A DNA stretch of 39,408 nucleotides from a virus (lineage: Duplodnaviria > Heunggongvirae > Uroviricota > Caudoviricetes): positions 1 to 39,408 of the IMG/VR virus record IMGVR_UViG_2917849834_000006. The stretch is one strand, 5' to 3'. The notes beneath the pieces were generated by a model. That model had not been told where the DNA came from. It ran no database searches and saw only the letters and a program-made list of their open reading frames with translations. The translations under genes and the position numbers were made by a program. Below are positions 16,704 through 25,303 of the stretch, piece by piece. Numbering within the stretch: the first letter of the stretch is position 1; each line of letters begins with the position of its first letter.

Positions 16704-18433
16704 GCCGGAAATCTTACCCCAACGTAAATGCTGCAAATCAGTATGCCCGGGATGTCGTGCGCGGAAAGATTGTTGCCTGCCAGTTTGTGATTCAGGCCTG
16801 CCAGCGCCATCTTGATGACCTGATGGCGGAAAAAAGTAAGTCGTTTCGTTACCGCTTCGACAAGGACCTGGCTGAACGGGCCGCCAAATTTATTCAGCTG
16901 TTGCCGCACACCAAGGGTGAGTGGGCATTTAAACGGATGCCCATCACGCTGGAGCCGTGGCAGCTATTTGTGATCTGCTGTGCGTTTGGCTGGGTCAATA
17001 AAGGCACCCGGTTGCGCCGCTTCCGGGAGGTGTATACCGAAATTCCCCGTAAGAACGGCAAATCGGCAATCTCTGCCGGTGTTGCCCTGTATTGTTTTGC
17101 CTGTGATAACGAGTTCGGCGCGGAAGTGTATTCCGGTGCCACGACGGAGAAACAGGCATGGGAAGTCTTTCGTCCGGCACGACTGATGTGTAAACGCACA
17201 CCCATGCTGACGGAAGCGTTCGGGATTGAGGTTAACGCCTCAAACATGAACCGTCCGGAGGATGGTGCGCGGTTTGAACCGCTGATCGGTAACCCCGGTG
17301 ATGGTTCATCACCCCACTGTGCCGTGGTGGATGAATATCACGAGCACGCCACAGATGCGCTTTACACCACAATGCTTACCGGGATGGGGGCGCGACGCCA
17401 GCCACTGATGTGGGCCATCACCACCGCCGGGTACAACATTGAGGGGCCGTGCTATGACAAGCGGCGGGAAGTTCTCGAGATGCTCAACGGTTCGGTACCC
17501 AACGATGAACTGTTCGGGATCATCTATACCGTTGACGAAGGCGATGACTGGACCGACCCGGAGGTGCTGGAAAAAGCCAACCCGAATATTGGCGTGTCGG
17601 TTTATCGCGAATTTTTGTTAAGTCAGCAGCAGCGTGCGAAAAATAACGCCCGTCTGGCAAACGTCTTTAAAACAAAACACCTCAATATCTGGGTGTCGGC
17701 GCGTTCGGCGTATTTCAACCTGGTGAGCTGGCAGAGCTGCGAGGATAAATCACTGACCCTTGAGCAGTTCGAGGGGCAGCCGTGCATTCTGGCCTTTGAC
17801 CTGGCGCGTAAGCTGGATATGAACAGCATGGCGCGACTTTATACTCGCGAGATTGACGGTAAAACGCATTACTACAGTGTGGCCCCGCGTTTCTGGGTAC
17901 CGTATGACACGGTGTACAGCGTCGAGAAAAATGAAGATCGACGGACAGCCGAACGCTTTCAGAAATGGGTGGAAATGGGCGTTCTGACCGTTACCGATGG
18001 TGCGGAGGTGGATTATCGCTACATCCTCGAGGAGGCCAAAGCGGCGAACAAAATCAGCCCGGTCAGTGAGTCACCCATCGACCCCTTCGGGGCGACCGGG
18101 TTGTCACATGACCTTGCTGATGAAGACCTGAACCCCATCACTATCATTCAGAACTACACCAACATGTCCGACCCGATGAAAGAGCTGGAAGCGGCAATTG
18201 AATCGGGGCGCTTTCATCATGATGGCAATCCCATCATGACCTGGTGTATCGGCAACGTGGTCGGCAAAACCATTCCGGGTAACGATGATGTGGTGAAGCC
18301 CGTCAAAGAGCAGGCGGAAAACAAAATCGATGGTGCAGTTGCGCTGATTATGGCGGTTGGCAGAGCCATGCTGTACGAGAAAGAAGACACGCTGTCTGAC
18401 CACATTGAGTCCTATGGGATCCGCTCGCTTTAA
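16700..18433 (+). CDS. Terminase large subunit
   Basis: 577 aa; ATPase and nuclease regions typical of Terminase_1; coupled to the small subunit (ATGA overlap). Confidence 0.9.
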   Translation: MSRKSYPNVNAANQYARDVVRGKIVACQFVIQACQRHLDDLMAEKSKSFRYRFDKDLAERAAKFIQLLPHTKGEWAFKRMPITLEPWQLFVICCAFGWVNKGTRLRRFREVYTEIPRKNGKSAISAGVALYCFACDNEFGAEVYSGATTEKQAWEVFRPARLMCKRTPMLTEAFGIEVNASNMNRPEDGARFEPLIGNPGDGSSPHCAVVDEYHEHATDALYTTMLTGMGARRQPLMWAITTAGYNIEGPCYDKRREVLEMLNGSVPNDELFGIIYTVDEGDDWTDPEVLEKANPNIGVSVYREFLLSQQQRAKNNARLANVFKTKHLNIWVSARSAYFNLVSWQSCEDKSLTLEQFEGQPCILAFDLARKLDMNSMARLYTREIDGKTHYYSVAPRFWVPYDTVYSVEKNEDRRTAERFQKWVEMGVLTVTDGAEVDYRYILEEAKAANKISPVSESPIDPFGATGLSHDLADEDLNPITIIQNYTNMSDPMKELEAAIESGRFHHDGNPIMTWCIGNVVGKTIPGNDDVVKPVKEQAENKIDGAVALIMAVGRAMLYEKEDTLSDHIESYGIRSL

Positions 18434-18444
18434 CTGAGGTAATT

Positions 18445-18627
18445 ATGATCATGCTGATTTTCGCGCCTCTGGTGGGCGTGCTGGGGGCGCTTTTGCTGGC
18501 GTATGGTGCCTGGCTGATTTATCCCCCGGCGGGGTTTGTTGTTGCCGGGGCGTTGTGCCTGTTCTGGTCGTGGCTGGTGGCGCGATATCTCGACCGTACA
18601 CAGTCGTCTGTCGGCGGAGGTAAATAG
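18445..18627 (+). CDS. Small hydrophobic protein between terminase and portal
   Basis: 60 aa, two predicted TM helices. Confidence 0.4.
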   Translation: MIMLIFAPLVGVLGALLLAYGAWLIYPPAGFVVAGALCLFWSWLVARYLDRTQSSVGGGK

Positions 18628-19868
18628 TGTTCTTTTCGGGATTATTTCAACGAAAAAGTGACGCGCCGGTGACCACGCCAGCAGAGCTGGCGGATGCTAT
18701 CGGGCTGTCATATGACACCTATACCGGAAAGCAGATCAGCAGCCAGCGGGCCATGCGACTGACGGCGGTTTTTTCCTGCGTCAGGGTGCTGGCAGAGTCG
18801 GTCGGGATGTTGCCCTGCAATCTGTATCACCTGAACGGCAGCCTGAAACAGAGAGCCACCGGCGAACGTCTGCATAAGCTGATCTCCACGCATCCCAATG
18901 GCTATATGACGCCGCAGGAGTTCTGGGAGCTGGTGGTCACCTGTCTGTGCCTGCGGGGAAACTTTTACGCCTACAAAGTGAAAGCATTTGGTGAAGTGGC
19001 TGAACTGCTGCCCGTCGATCCCGGCTGTGTGGTACCGAAGCTTAACAGTAGCTGGGAGCCGGTCTATCAGGTCACATTCCCGGACGGCTCCACGGATGTA
19101 CTGAGCCAGGAAGATATCTGGCATGTGCGCACGCTGACGCTGGACGGACTGGTGGGGCTGAATCCCATCGCCTATGCCCGCGAGGCAATATCGCTGGCAG
19201 CTGCGACCGAAGAGCACGGGGCCAGACTGTTCAGCAATGGCGCGGTGACGTCCGGTGTGTTGCGTACAGAACAGACGCTGTCGGATCAGGCTTATGAGCG
19301 CCTGAAGAAAGATTTTGAGGAGCGTCACACCGGGCTTGGCAATGCTCACCGCCCGATGATCCTTGAGATGGGGCTGGACTGGAAGTCGATGGCGCTGAAC
19401 GCCGAGGACAGCCAGTTCCTGGAAACCCGCAAGTTTCAGCTTGAAGAAATCTGTCGTCTGTTCCGTGTGCCATTGCACATGGTGCAGAACACCGATCGCG
19501 CCACCTTCAACAATATCGAAGAGCTGGGGCTGGGATTTATCAACTATTCACTGGTGCCGTATCTGACCCGCATTGAGCAGCGGATCAACACCGGACTGGT
19601 ACGAAAAAGTAAGCAGGGCGTTTATTACGCCAAATTTAACGCCGGGGCGTTACTGCGCGGGGATATGAAGTCCCGTTTTGAAGCCTACGCCACCGGGATC
19701 AACTGGGGAATTTACTCTCCCAATGACTGCCGCGACCTGGAAGATATGAATCCGCGTCCCGGTGGTGATGTCTATCTCACACCGATGAACATGACCACGA
19801 AACCCTCCGATGGCAGTAAAGCCGGTAAGCAGAAGGATAACGCCAATGCAGACGAAACAACGTCTTGA
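18627..19868 (+). CDS. Portal protein (HK97 family)
   Basis: 413 aa; conserved position after the large terminase; GTG start with GGCGGAGG RBS. Confidence 0.9.
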   Translation: MFFSGLFQRKSDAPVTTPAELADAIGLSYDTYTGKQISSQRAMRLTAVFSCVRVLAESVGMLPCNLYHLNGSLKQRATGERLHKLISTHPNGYMTPQEFWELVVTCLCLRGNFYAYKVKAFGEVAELLPVDPGCVVPKLNSSWEPVYQVTFPDGSTDVLSQEDIWHVRTLTLDGLVGLNPIAYAREAISLAAATEEHGARLFSNGAVTSGVLRTEQTLSDQAYERLKKDFEERHTGLGNAHRPMILEMGLDWKSMALNAEDSQFLETRKFQLEEICRLFRVPLHMVQNTDRATFNNIEELGLGFINYSLVPYLTRIEQRINTGLVRKSKQGVYYAKFNAGALLRGDMKSRFEAYATGINWGIYSPNDCRDLEDMNPRPGGDVYLTPMNMTTKPSDGSKAGKQKDNANADETTS

Positions 19869-20496
19869 TGTACCGCTGAGTCTGAAATCTGTCAGTGACT
19901 CCGGTGAGTTTGAAGGGTATGGCTCCGTCTTTGGTGTAAAGGACAGCCACGATGATGTGGTGATGTCCGGGGCATTTGCTGCTTCCCTGCGGGCGTGGAG
20001 TGACAGAAAAGCGTTACCTGCGCTGCTCTGGCAGCACCGCATGGATGAGCCCATCGGCGTTTACACCGAAATGAAGGAAGACGATGTCGGGCTTTACGTC
20101 AGGGGGCGGTTGCTCATTGATGATGATCCCCTGGCAAAACGCGCACATGCACACATGAAGGCCGGTTCGTTAACCGGCCTTTCTATTGGGTACGTCCTGA
20201 AGGACTGGGAATACGACCGGACGAAAGAAGCCTTTCTGCTGAAAGAAATCGACCTCTGGGAAGTCAGTCTGGTGACGTTCCCGTCTAACGACGAGGCGCG
20301 GATCAGCGACGTCAAGAACGCGCTGGCCCGCGGGGAAATCCCCGAACAGAAAAAAATCGAAAGAGTCCTGCGTGATGTCGGACTCTCCCGTACCCAGGCC
20401 AAAGCATTCATGGCCGGGGGCTATGGCGCACTGTCCCTGCGCGACGCTGAGGATGTGGGCTCTGCACTGAATGCACTTAAAAATCTGAACTTCTAA
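19846..20496 (+). CDS. Prohead protease (HK97 family, S78)
   Basis: Position between portal and capsid; likely start is the ATG at 19846. Confidence 0.85.
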   Translation: MQTKQRLDVPLSLKSVSDSGEFEGYGSVFGVKDSHDDVVMSGAFAASLRAWSDRKALPALLWQHRMDEPIGVYTEMKEDDVGLYVRGRLLIDDDPLAKRAHAHMKAGSLTGLSIGYVLKDWEYDRTKEAFLLKEIDLWEVSLVTFPSNDEARISDVKNALARGEIPEQKKIERVLRDVGLSRTQAKAFMAGGYGALSLRDAEDVGSALNALKNLNF

Positions 20497-20510
20497 TCAG
20501 GAGAAATACG

Positions 20511-21716
20511 ATGGCGGTTGATATTAAAGATGTGGAACAGGTCGCGCAGGAGCTGCAGCAGAAGTTTGACGACTTCAAGGCAAAGAACGACAAGCGCGTG
20601 GATGCGATTGAGCAGGAAAAAGGCAAACTTGCCGGGCAGGTGGAAACCCTGAACGGGAAACTCAGCGAGCTGGAAAATCTCAAAAGCGACCTTGAAAAAG
20701 AGCTGCTTGAGCTGAAACGTCCGGCAGGTGGTGCGCAAAATAAACTGGCCACAGAGCACAAAGAGGCGTTTGTGGGCTTTCTGCGTAAAGGCCGTGAAGA
20801 CGGTCTGCGCGATCTGGAGCGCAAGGCATTGCAGGTGGGCACCGATGAAGACGGTGGCTATGCCGTGCCGGAAGCACTGGATCGCAACATTCTTACCCTG
20901 CTGAAAGATGAAGTGGTGATGCGCCAGGAAGCCACGGTGATCACTGTTGGCGGTTCCGACTACAAAAAACTGGTGAATCTGGGCGGCACGGCTTCCGGAT
21001 GGGTGGGCGAGACTGACGCGCGCCCCCAGACTGCCACCTCAAAACTGGGACTGATTGAACCTTTCATGGGGGAAATCTACGGTAACCCGCAGGCCACTCA
21101 GAAAATGCTGGATGATGCCTTCTTCAACGTGGAGGCCTGGATCAACAGCGAGCTGGCGACCGAATTTGCCGAACAGGAAGAAATTGCCTTTACCACCGGT
21201 GATGGCACCAAGAAGCCAAAAGGGTTCCTGGCGTATGAATCCACCGATGAAACCGATAAGGTTCGTGCGTTCGGTAAACTTCAGCATATTGTATCCGGTG
21301 AAGCGACGACGGTGACCGCAGATGCCATTATCAAACTGATTTACACGCTGCGTAAGGCACACCGCACTGGCGCGAAGTTCATGATGAACAACAACAGCCT
21401 GTTTGCCATCCGTCTGCTGAAAGACACCGAGGGTAACTATCTGTGGCGTCCGGGGCTGGAGCTGGGGCAACCGTCCTCTCTGGCGGGTTACGGTATCGCT
21501 GAAAACGAACAGATGCCGGATATCGCCGCTGATGCGAAAGCTATTGCATTTGGTAACTTCAAACGGGGTTACACCATCGTTGACCGTATCGGCACCCGCA
21601 TTCTGCGCGACCCGTACACCAATAAACCGTTTGTCGGTTTTTATACCACCAAGCGCACCGGCGGGATGCTGGTCGATTCGCAGGCCATCAAACTGCTGAA
21701 GATTGCAGCGGCGTAA
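20511..21716 (+). CDS. Major capsid protein (HK97 fold)
   Basis: 401 aa with N-terminal coiled-coil delta domain; position after the protease. Confidence 0.9.
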   Translation: MAVDIKDVEQVAQELQQKFDDFKAKNDKRVDAIEQEKGKLAGQVETLNGKLSELENLKSDLEKELLELKRPAGGAQNKLATEHKEAFVGFLRKGREDGLRDLERKALQVGTDEDGGYAVPEALDRNILTLLKDEVVMRQEATVITVGGSDYKKLVNLGGTASGWVGETDARPQTATSKLGLIEPFMGEIYGNPQATQKMLDDAFFNVEAWINSELATEFAEQEEIAFTTGDGTKKPKGFLAYESTDETDKVRAFGKLQHIVSGEATTVTADAIIKLIYTLRKAHRTGAKFMMNNNSLFAIRLLKDTEGNYLWRPGLELGQPSSLAGYGIAENEQMPDIAADAKAIAFGNFKRGYTIVDRIGTRILRDPYTNKPFVGFYTTKRTGGMLVDSQAIKLLKIAAA

Positions 21717-21765
21717 TCACTCAGGGGCGCTGAACTGCGCCCCCTGTTCTGACGGGTGAAGAATC

Positions 21766-21954
21766 ATGATCCTGAAACAAGATCTGAAATGGTCACCGGA
21801 CGGTATGCGCGTTGAGATCATTCGTGCTGGTGAGTATGAAGATAAAGAATTACCCGAACGGGTACGTGAAATTGCCACTGCAGCAGGGATTGTTTCTGAT
21901 AAGAGAACACCTGTTGCACGGGTATCTGATAAGGCTAAAAAACAGCATTCATAG
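21766..21954 (+). CDS. Small hypothetical protein
   Basis: 62-aa ORF between capsid and connector genes. Confidence 0.3.
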   Translation: MILKQDLKWSPDGMRVEIIRAGEYEDKELPERVREIATAAGIVSDKRTPVARVSDKAKKQHS

Positions 21955-21965
21955 AGGTAGCCCAA

Positions 21966-22271
21966 ATGATGCCTACTCTGGAAGAGCTTCGTGTTCAGTG
22001 CCGGATTGATGATGACAATGAACAGGAGAATGCACTTCTTATGATGTATCTGGCAGCAGCCAGAGAAGAGGCTGAAAAGTTTTTAAACCGGACACTTCAC
22101 GATGAAACTGTTCCTGATCAGGATACGACCGGGCTTGTAATAACACCGCTGATAAAGCTGCGTCTTATGCAACTGGTTGGCTACTGGTACGAGAACAGGG
22201 AAATGCAGGATGCTGTACCTGATTTTTTCTATACCGGACTCCGAATGTATCGGTTTCATCCCGGAACATAG
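21966..22271 (+). CDS. Head-tail connector protein (gp6-like)
   Basis: Size and position; MMYLAAAREEAEKFLNR…LVGYWYENRE pattern. Confidence 0.75.
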   Translation: MMPTLEELRVQCRIDDDNEQENALLMMYLAAAREEAEKFLNRTLHDETVPDQDTTGLVITPLIKLRLMQLVGYWYENREMQDAVPDFFYTGLRMYRFHPGT

Positions 22272-22280
22272 GAGGATTTC

Positions 22281-22619
22281 ATGCAGGCAGGAAGATTACG
22301 TGATCGCGTGGTTATTCTGAATATTACGACCTCCCGTACCCCTTCCGGTCACCCGGAGGAAACCCTGAAAGAGGGGGCTACGGTATGGGCAGAGGTTAAG
22401 GGGATCAGTGGGCGGGAACGTATATCGGGCGGTGCGGAAACCGCGCAGACAACAGTCAGAGTCTGGATGCGATTTCGGCGCGATGTGACGGCCGCCTCAC
22501 GTCTGAAAGTGCTGACAGGGGCATTCAAGGGAGCCATTCTGAATATCGACGGGCCGCCGATCCCGGACGCACGATCCTCCAGGCTTGAAATACTTTGCAG
22601 CCAGAGAGGTGGAATGTGA
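22281..22619 (+). CDS. Head closure / head-tail adaptor protein
   Basis: Size and position in an HK97-like head-tail joining module. Confidence 0.7.
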   Translation: MQAGRLRDRVVILNITTSRTPSGHPEETLKEGATVWAEVKGISGRERISGGAETAQTTVRVWMRFRRDVTAASRLKVLTGAFKGAILNIDGPPIPDARSSRLEILCSQRGGM

Positions 22620-23065
22620 CGGATTTTAGTCTGGATTTTTCTGGCCTGGCGGATATTGCAAGAGATCTGGAACTTCTCAGCAGAGCAGAGAGTAATAAGG
22701 TGCTTCGCGATGCCTCCCGTGCCGGTGCAGAGGTTATCCGGGAGGCGGTTATTGACCATGCGCCAGAGCTAACCGGAAAACTGAAGAAAAACGTGGTTAT
22801 TCTGACTCAGCGTTCACGGCGTCGTGGTGAAATTATCTCTGGTGTCCACATTCGTGGGCGGAATCTGCGAACCGGAAACAGTGATAACAGCATGAAAGCC
22901 AGCGATCCGCGAAACGCGTTTTACTGGCGTTTCGTGGAGCTGGGGACTATCAATATGCCTGCCCATCCGTTCATTCGCCCGGCCTTTGATATGACAGAGG
23001 AGCTGGCAGCACAGGTTGCCATGAAGCATATGAATCAGGCTATTGATGGGGTGCTGAGTAAATGA
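22595..23065 (+). CDS. HK97 gp10-family neck protein
   Basis: Size and position; overlapping coupling. Confidence 0.65.
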   Translation: MQPERWNVTDFSLDFSGLADIARDLELLSRAESNKVLRDASRAGAEVIREAVIDHAPELTGKLKKNVVILTQRSRRRGEIISGVHIRGRNLRTGNSDNSMKASDPRNAFYWRFVELGTINMPAHPFIRPAFDMTEELAAQVAMKHMNQAIDGVLSK

Positions 23066-23406
23066 GAGAAGCCACGCTGTATGCTCTTCTGTCCAAACTG
23101 GCCGGAGGGCAGGTTTATCCTTATGTGGTCCCGCTGACGGAGGGAAAGCCTGCGGTATTTCCACCATGGCTGGTGTTTTCAGTGGTGTCTGACATCGCGT
23201 CTGATGTGCTTGATGGTCAGGCTGAATCCAGAATCACAGTGCAGATTGATATCTGGGCAACGGCTCCTGATGACGCAGATGATATCCGTGAGCAGGCGCT
23301 TGATGCGGTAAGGGAACTGGCACCATCCGTTATTTCTAAAACTCAGGGTTATGATCCTGATTCCCGTCTGAGCAGAGCTACGCTTGAATTTCAGGTAATT
23401 GCCTGA
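23062..23406 (+). CDS. Tail terminator-like protein (DUF3168-like)
   Basis: Size and position immediately before the major tail protein. Confidence 0.6.
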   Translation: MREATLYALLSKLAGGQVYPYVVPLTEGKPAVFPPWLVFSVVSDIASDVLDGQAESRITVQIDIWATAPDDADDIREQALDAVRELAPSVISKTQGYDPDSRLSRATLEFQVIA

Positions 23407-23426
23407 GGTTGTTAATGATTTTACCC

Positions 23427-23450
23427 ACCCGCCGCTGGCGGGTTTTTTAT
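23427..23450 (+). terminator. Hairpin plus T-run immediately upstream of the major tail gene
   Basis: ACCCGCC-gct-GGCGGGT followed by T6. Confidence 0.5.
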
Positions 23451-23465
23451 TTTCAGGAGACGAGT

Positions 23466-24170
23466 ATGTCCTCTAATTTTGAACGTTCTCAGCAGACCAA
23501 AGTCATGATCTCGTCTGCACCGGTAACGGCAGAAACGCTGAGTTCTGCCAGTTTTCTTGAACTGAGCTGTACGATTAAAGAGGTTCAGTTTACCGCCGGG
23601 CAGAAACAGGATATTGATGTCACTACGCTGTGTTCTACCGAGCAGGAGAATATCAACGGTCTTGGGGCTGCTTCAGAGATTTCCATGTCAGGAAACTTTT
23701 ATCTCAACGCTGCCCAGAACGCGTTGCGTAGTGCTTATGACAACGACACCACATACGGTTTCAAAGTTATTTTCCCGTCAGGAAATGGATTTACCTTTAT
23801 GGCAGAAGTTCGCCAGCATACCTGGTCTGTGGGAACCAACGGTGTTGTTGCTGCCACATTTTCCCTGCGCCTGAAAGGAAAGCCCTCTCTGACCACTGAA
23901 CCTTTGAAACTCCTCTCTGATTTGAAAAGTACACTACAGGTTTCTGCCAGTGAAACGCTGAATATGTCTGTTGAGGCATCAGGTGGTGTGCCTCCTTATT
24001 CATATGTCTGGAAGAAAGGCAGCTCTCCAGTTTCCGGGCAGACATCGGCAACTTTCAACAAGGCCTCCGTGACATCCGGAGATGCCGGTGCGTATACCTG
24101 TGAGGTTTCTGATTCAGCAAGCCCGGTTAATAAGGTGACCTCCACTTCCTGCACCGTAACTGTCAGTTAA
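23466..24170 (+). CDS. Major tail protein with C-terminal Ig-like domain
   Basis: ATG at 23466 after AGGAG; C-terminal Ig-like segment (…GGVPPYSYVWKKG…GAYTCEVSD…). Confidence 0.85.
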   Translation: MSSNFERSQQTKVMISSAPVTAETLSSASFLELSCTIKEVQFTAGQKQDIDVTTLCSTEQENINGLGAASEISMSGNFYLNAAQNALRSAYDNDTTYGFKVIFPSGNGFTFMAEVRQHTWSVGTNGVVAATFSLRLKGKPSLTTEPLKLLSDLKSTLQVSASETLNMSVEASGGVPPYSYVWKKGSSPVSGQTSATFNKASVTSGDAGAYTCEVSDSASPVNKVTSTSCTVTVS

Positions 24171-24175
24171 GGAGG

Positions 24176-24556
24176 ATGAAATCTATGTCTAAAAATATCC
24201 GCAATCTGGCACTGGCGACGATGTCTGGTTTTCGCCACAAAACAGTTGATGTTCCTGAGTGGGAAGGTACAACGGTTGTATTACGGGAACCCTCTGCAGA
24301 AGCCTGGTTACGTTGGCAGGAGATCGTTAAAACCGGAGATGATGATACACCGTTATCAGTTGCGGAGCGTGCCCGCCGAAATCTGGAAGCGGATGTTGAA
24401 CTGTTCATCGATGTTCTGTGTGATACCGGGATGCAACCCGTGTTTTCAGCGGATGATCGGGAGCAGGTACTTGCAGTATATGGTCCGGTACATGCGCGAC
24501 TGCTTCGTCAGTCACTGGAACTGATCACTGATGCTGAAGTTATTAAAAAAAAGTAG
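24176..24556 (+). CDS. Tail assembly chaperone (gpG-like)
   Basis: Position before the tape measure; ends at a slippery A-run. Confidence 0.75.
   Translation: MKSMSKNIRNLALATMSGFRHKTVDVPEWEGTTVVLREPSAEAWLRWQEIVKTGDDDTPLSVAERARRNLEADVELFIDVLCDTGMQPVFSADDREQVLAVYGPVHARLLRQSLELITDAEVIKKK
24545..24553 (+). other. Programmed -1 ribosomal frameshift site (AAAAAAAAG) joining the G-like and T-like chaperone frames
   Basis: The -1 frame is open from 24547 through 24858; conserved G/GT arrangement upstream of tape measure genes. Confidence 0.65.
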
Positions 24557-24858
24557 CACTTCCGGGTATTCGTTTTCTGATGATGCTGGCGCTCAGGATG
24601 GGGCGCACATTGTCAGAGTTACGCCGGGAAATGTCTGCATCGGAAATCATGATGTGGGCAGAATTTGACAGGATCAGCCCGCTGGGTGACGAGCGGGCTG
24701 ATATCCGGGCTGCCCAGATAGTTTCTGCAGTTTACGGGGCGCAGGGTGTCAAAGTTCCACTGAATGAAGCGATTCTTCAGTGGGAGGTCGTTCCTGCAAA
24801 TAATATTAAAGATCCGTTCACAGCGTTTGAAAATGCATTATTTGCAGCGACACAATGA
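24547..24858 (+). CDS. Tail assembly chaperone gpT-like extension (made as a G-T fusion by -1 frameshift)
   Basis: ORF in the -1 frame relative to G with no independent RBS. Confidence 0.7.
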   Translation, partial: KKVALPGIRFLMMLALRMGRTLSELRREMSASEIMMWAEFDRISPLGDERADIRAAQIVSAVYGAQGVKVPLNEAILQWEVVPANNIKDPFTAFENALFAATQ

Positions 24859-24913
24859 TCTTCTTACTTTACTGGATTATGATTCCGATTTTTATTAAGT
24901 AAATAAGGAGATA

Positions 24914-25258
24914 TTGATGGAAGTTATTCTTATTGCGCTAGTCCTGGGGTTAATTCCGGCTATTATCGCGCAAAGTAAAGGGCGTTCATTTTGGGGATGG
25001 TGGATATACGGAGCCTTACTCTTTATCGTTGCCCTAGTTCATTCACTTGTAATCCAAAAAGATGAAAAAACGCATGAGCAACAAATGGTGAGCAATGGCA
25101 TGAAAAAATGCCCTTACTGTGCGGAGTTGATCAAAGAAGAAGCCATTAAGTGTAAGCATTGCGGTAGTGATTTAACACATAACCCTGATAGTACCGTTTC
25201 GCAAAAAACGGATGATGAATATCTTGAAGAAGCAAGGCGTAAGGCTGGGCTTCTTTAA
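24914..25258 (+). CDS. Moron: small membrane protein with C-terminal zinc-ribbon (CPYC…CKHC)
   Basis: Low-GC insert between the chaperone and tape measure genes with its own AT-rich upstream region, RBS and terminator; two N-terminal TM helices. Confidence 0.55.
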   Translation: MMEVILIALVLGLIPAIIAQSKGRSFWGWWIYGALLFIVALVHSLVIQKDEKTHEQQMVSNGMKKCPYCAELIKEEAIKCKHCGSDLTHNPDSTVSQKTDDEYLEEARRKAGLL

Positions 25259-25262
25259 AAGC

Positions 25263-25289
25263 AAAAACCGCTTCGGCGGTTTTTTTTTG
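25263..25289 (+). terminator. Rho-independent terminator after the moron
   Basis: AACCGC-ttcg-GCGGTT followed by T9. Confidence 0.7.
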
Positions 25290-25303
25290 CCTGGAGAACG
25301 AGA

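Noticed and set aside
18708-19478. 256-aa ORF on the minus strand
   Set aside because: Antisense to the portal gene; no RBS; junk-like composition.
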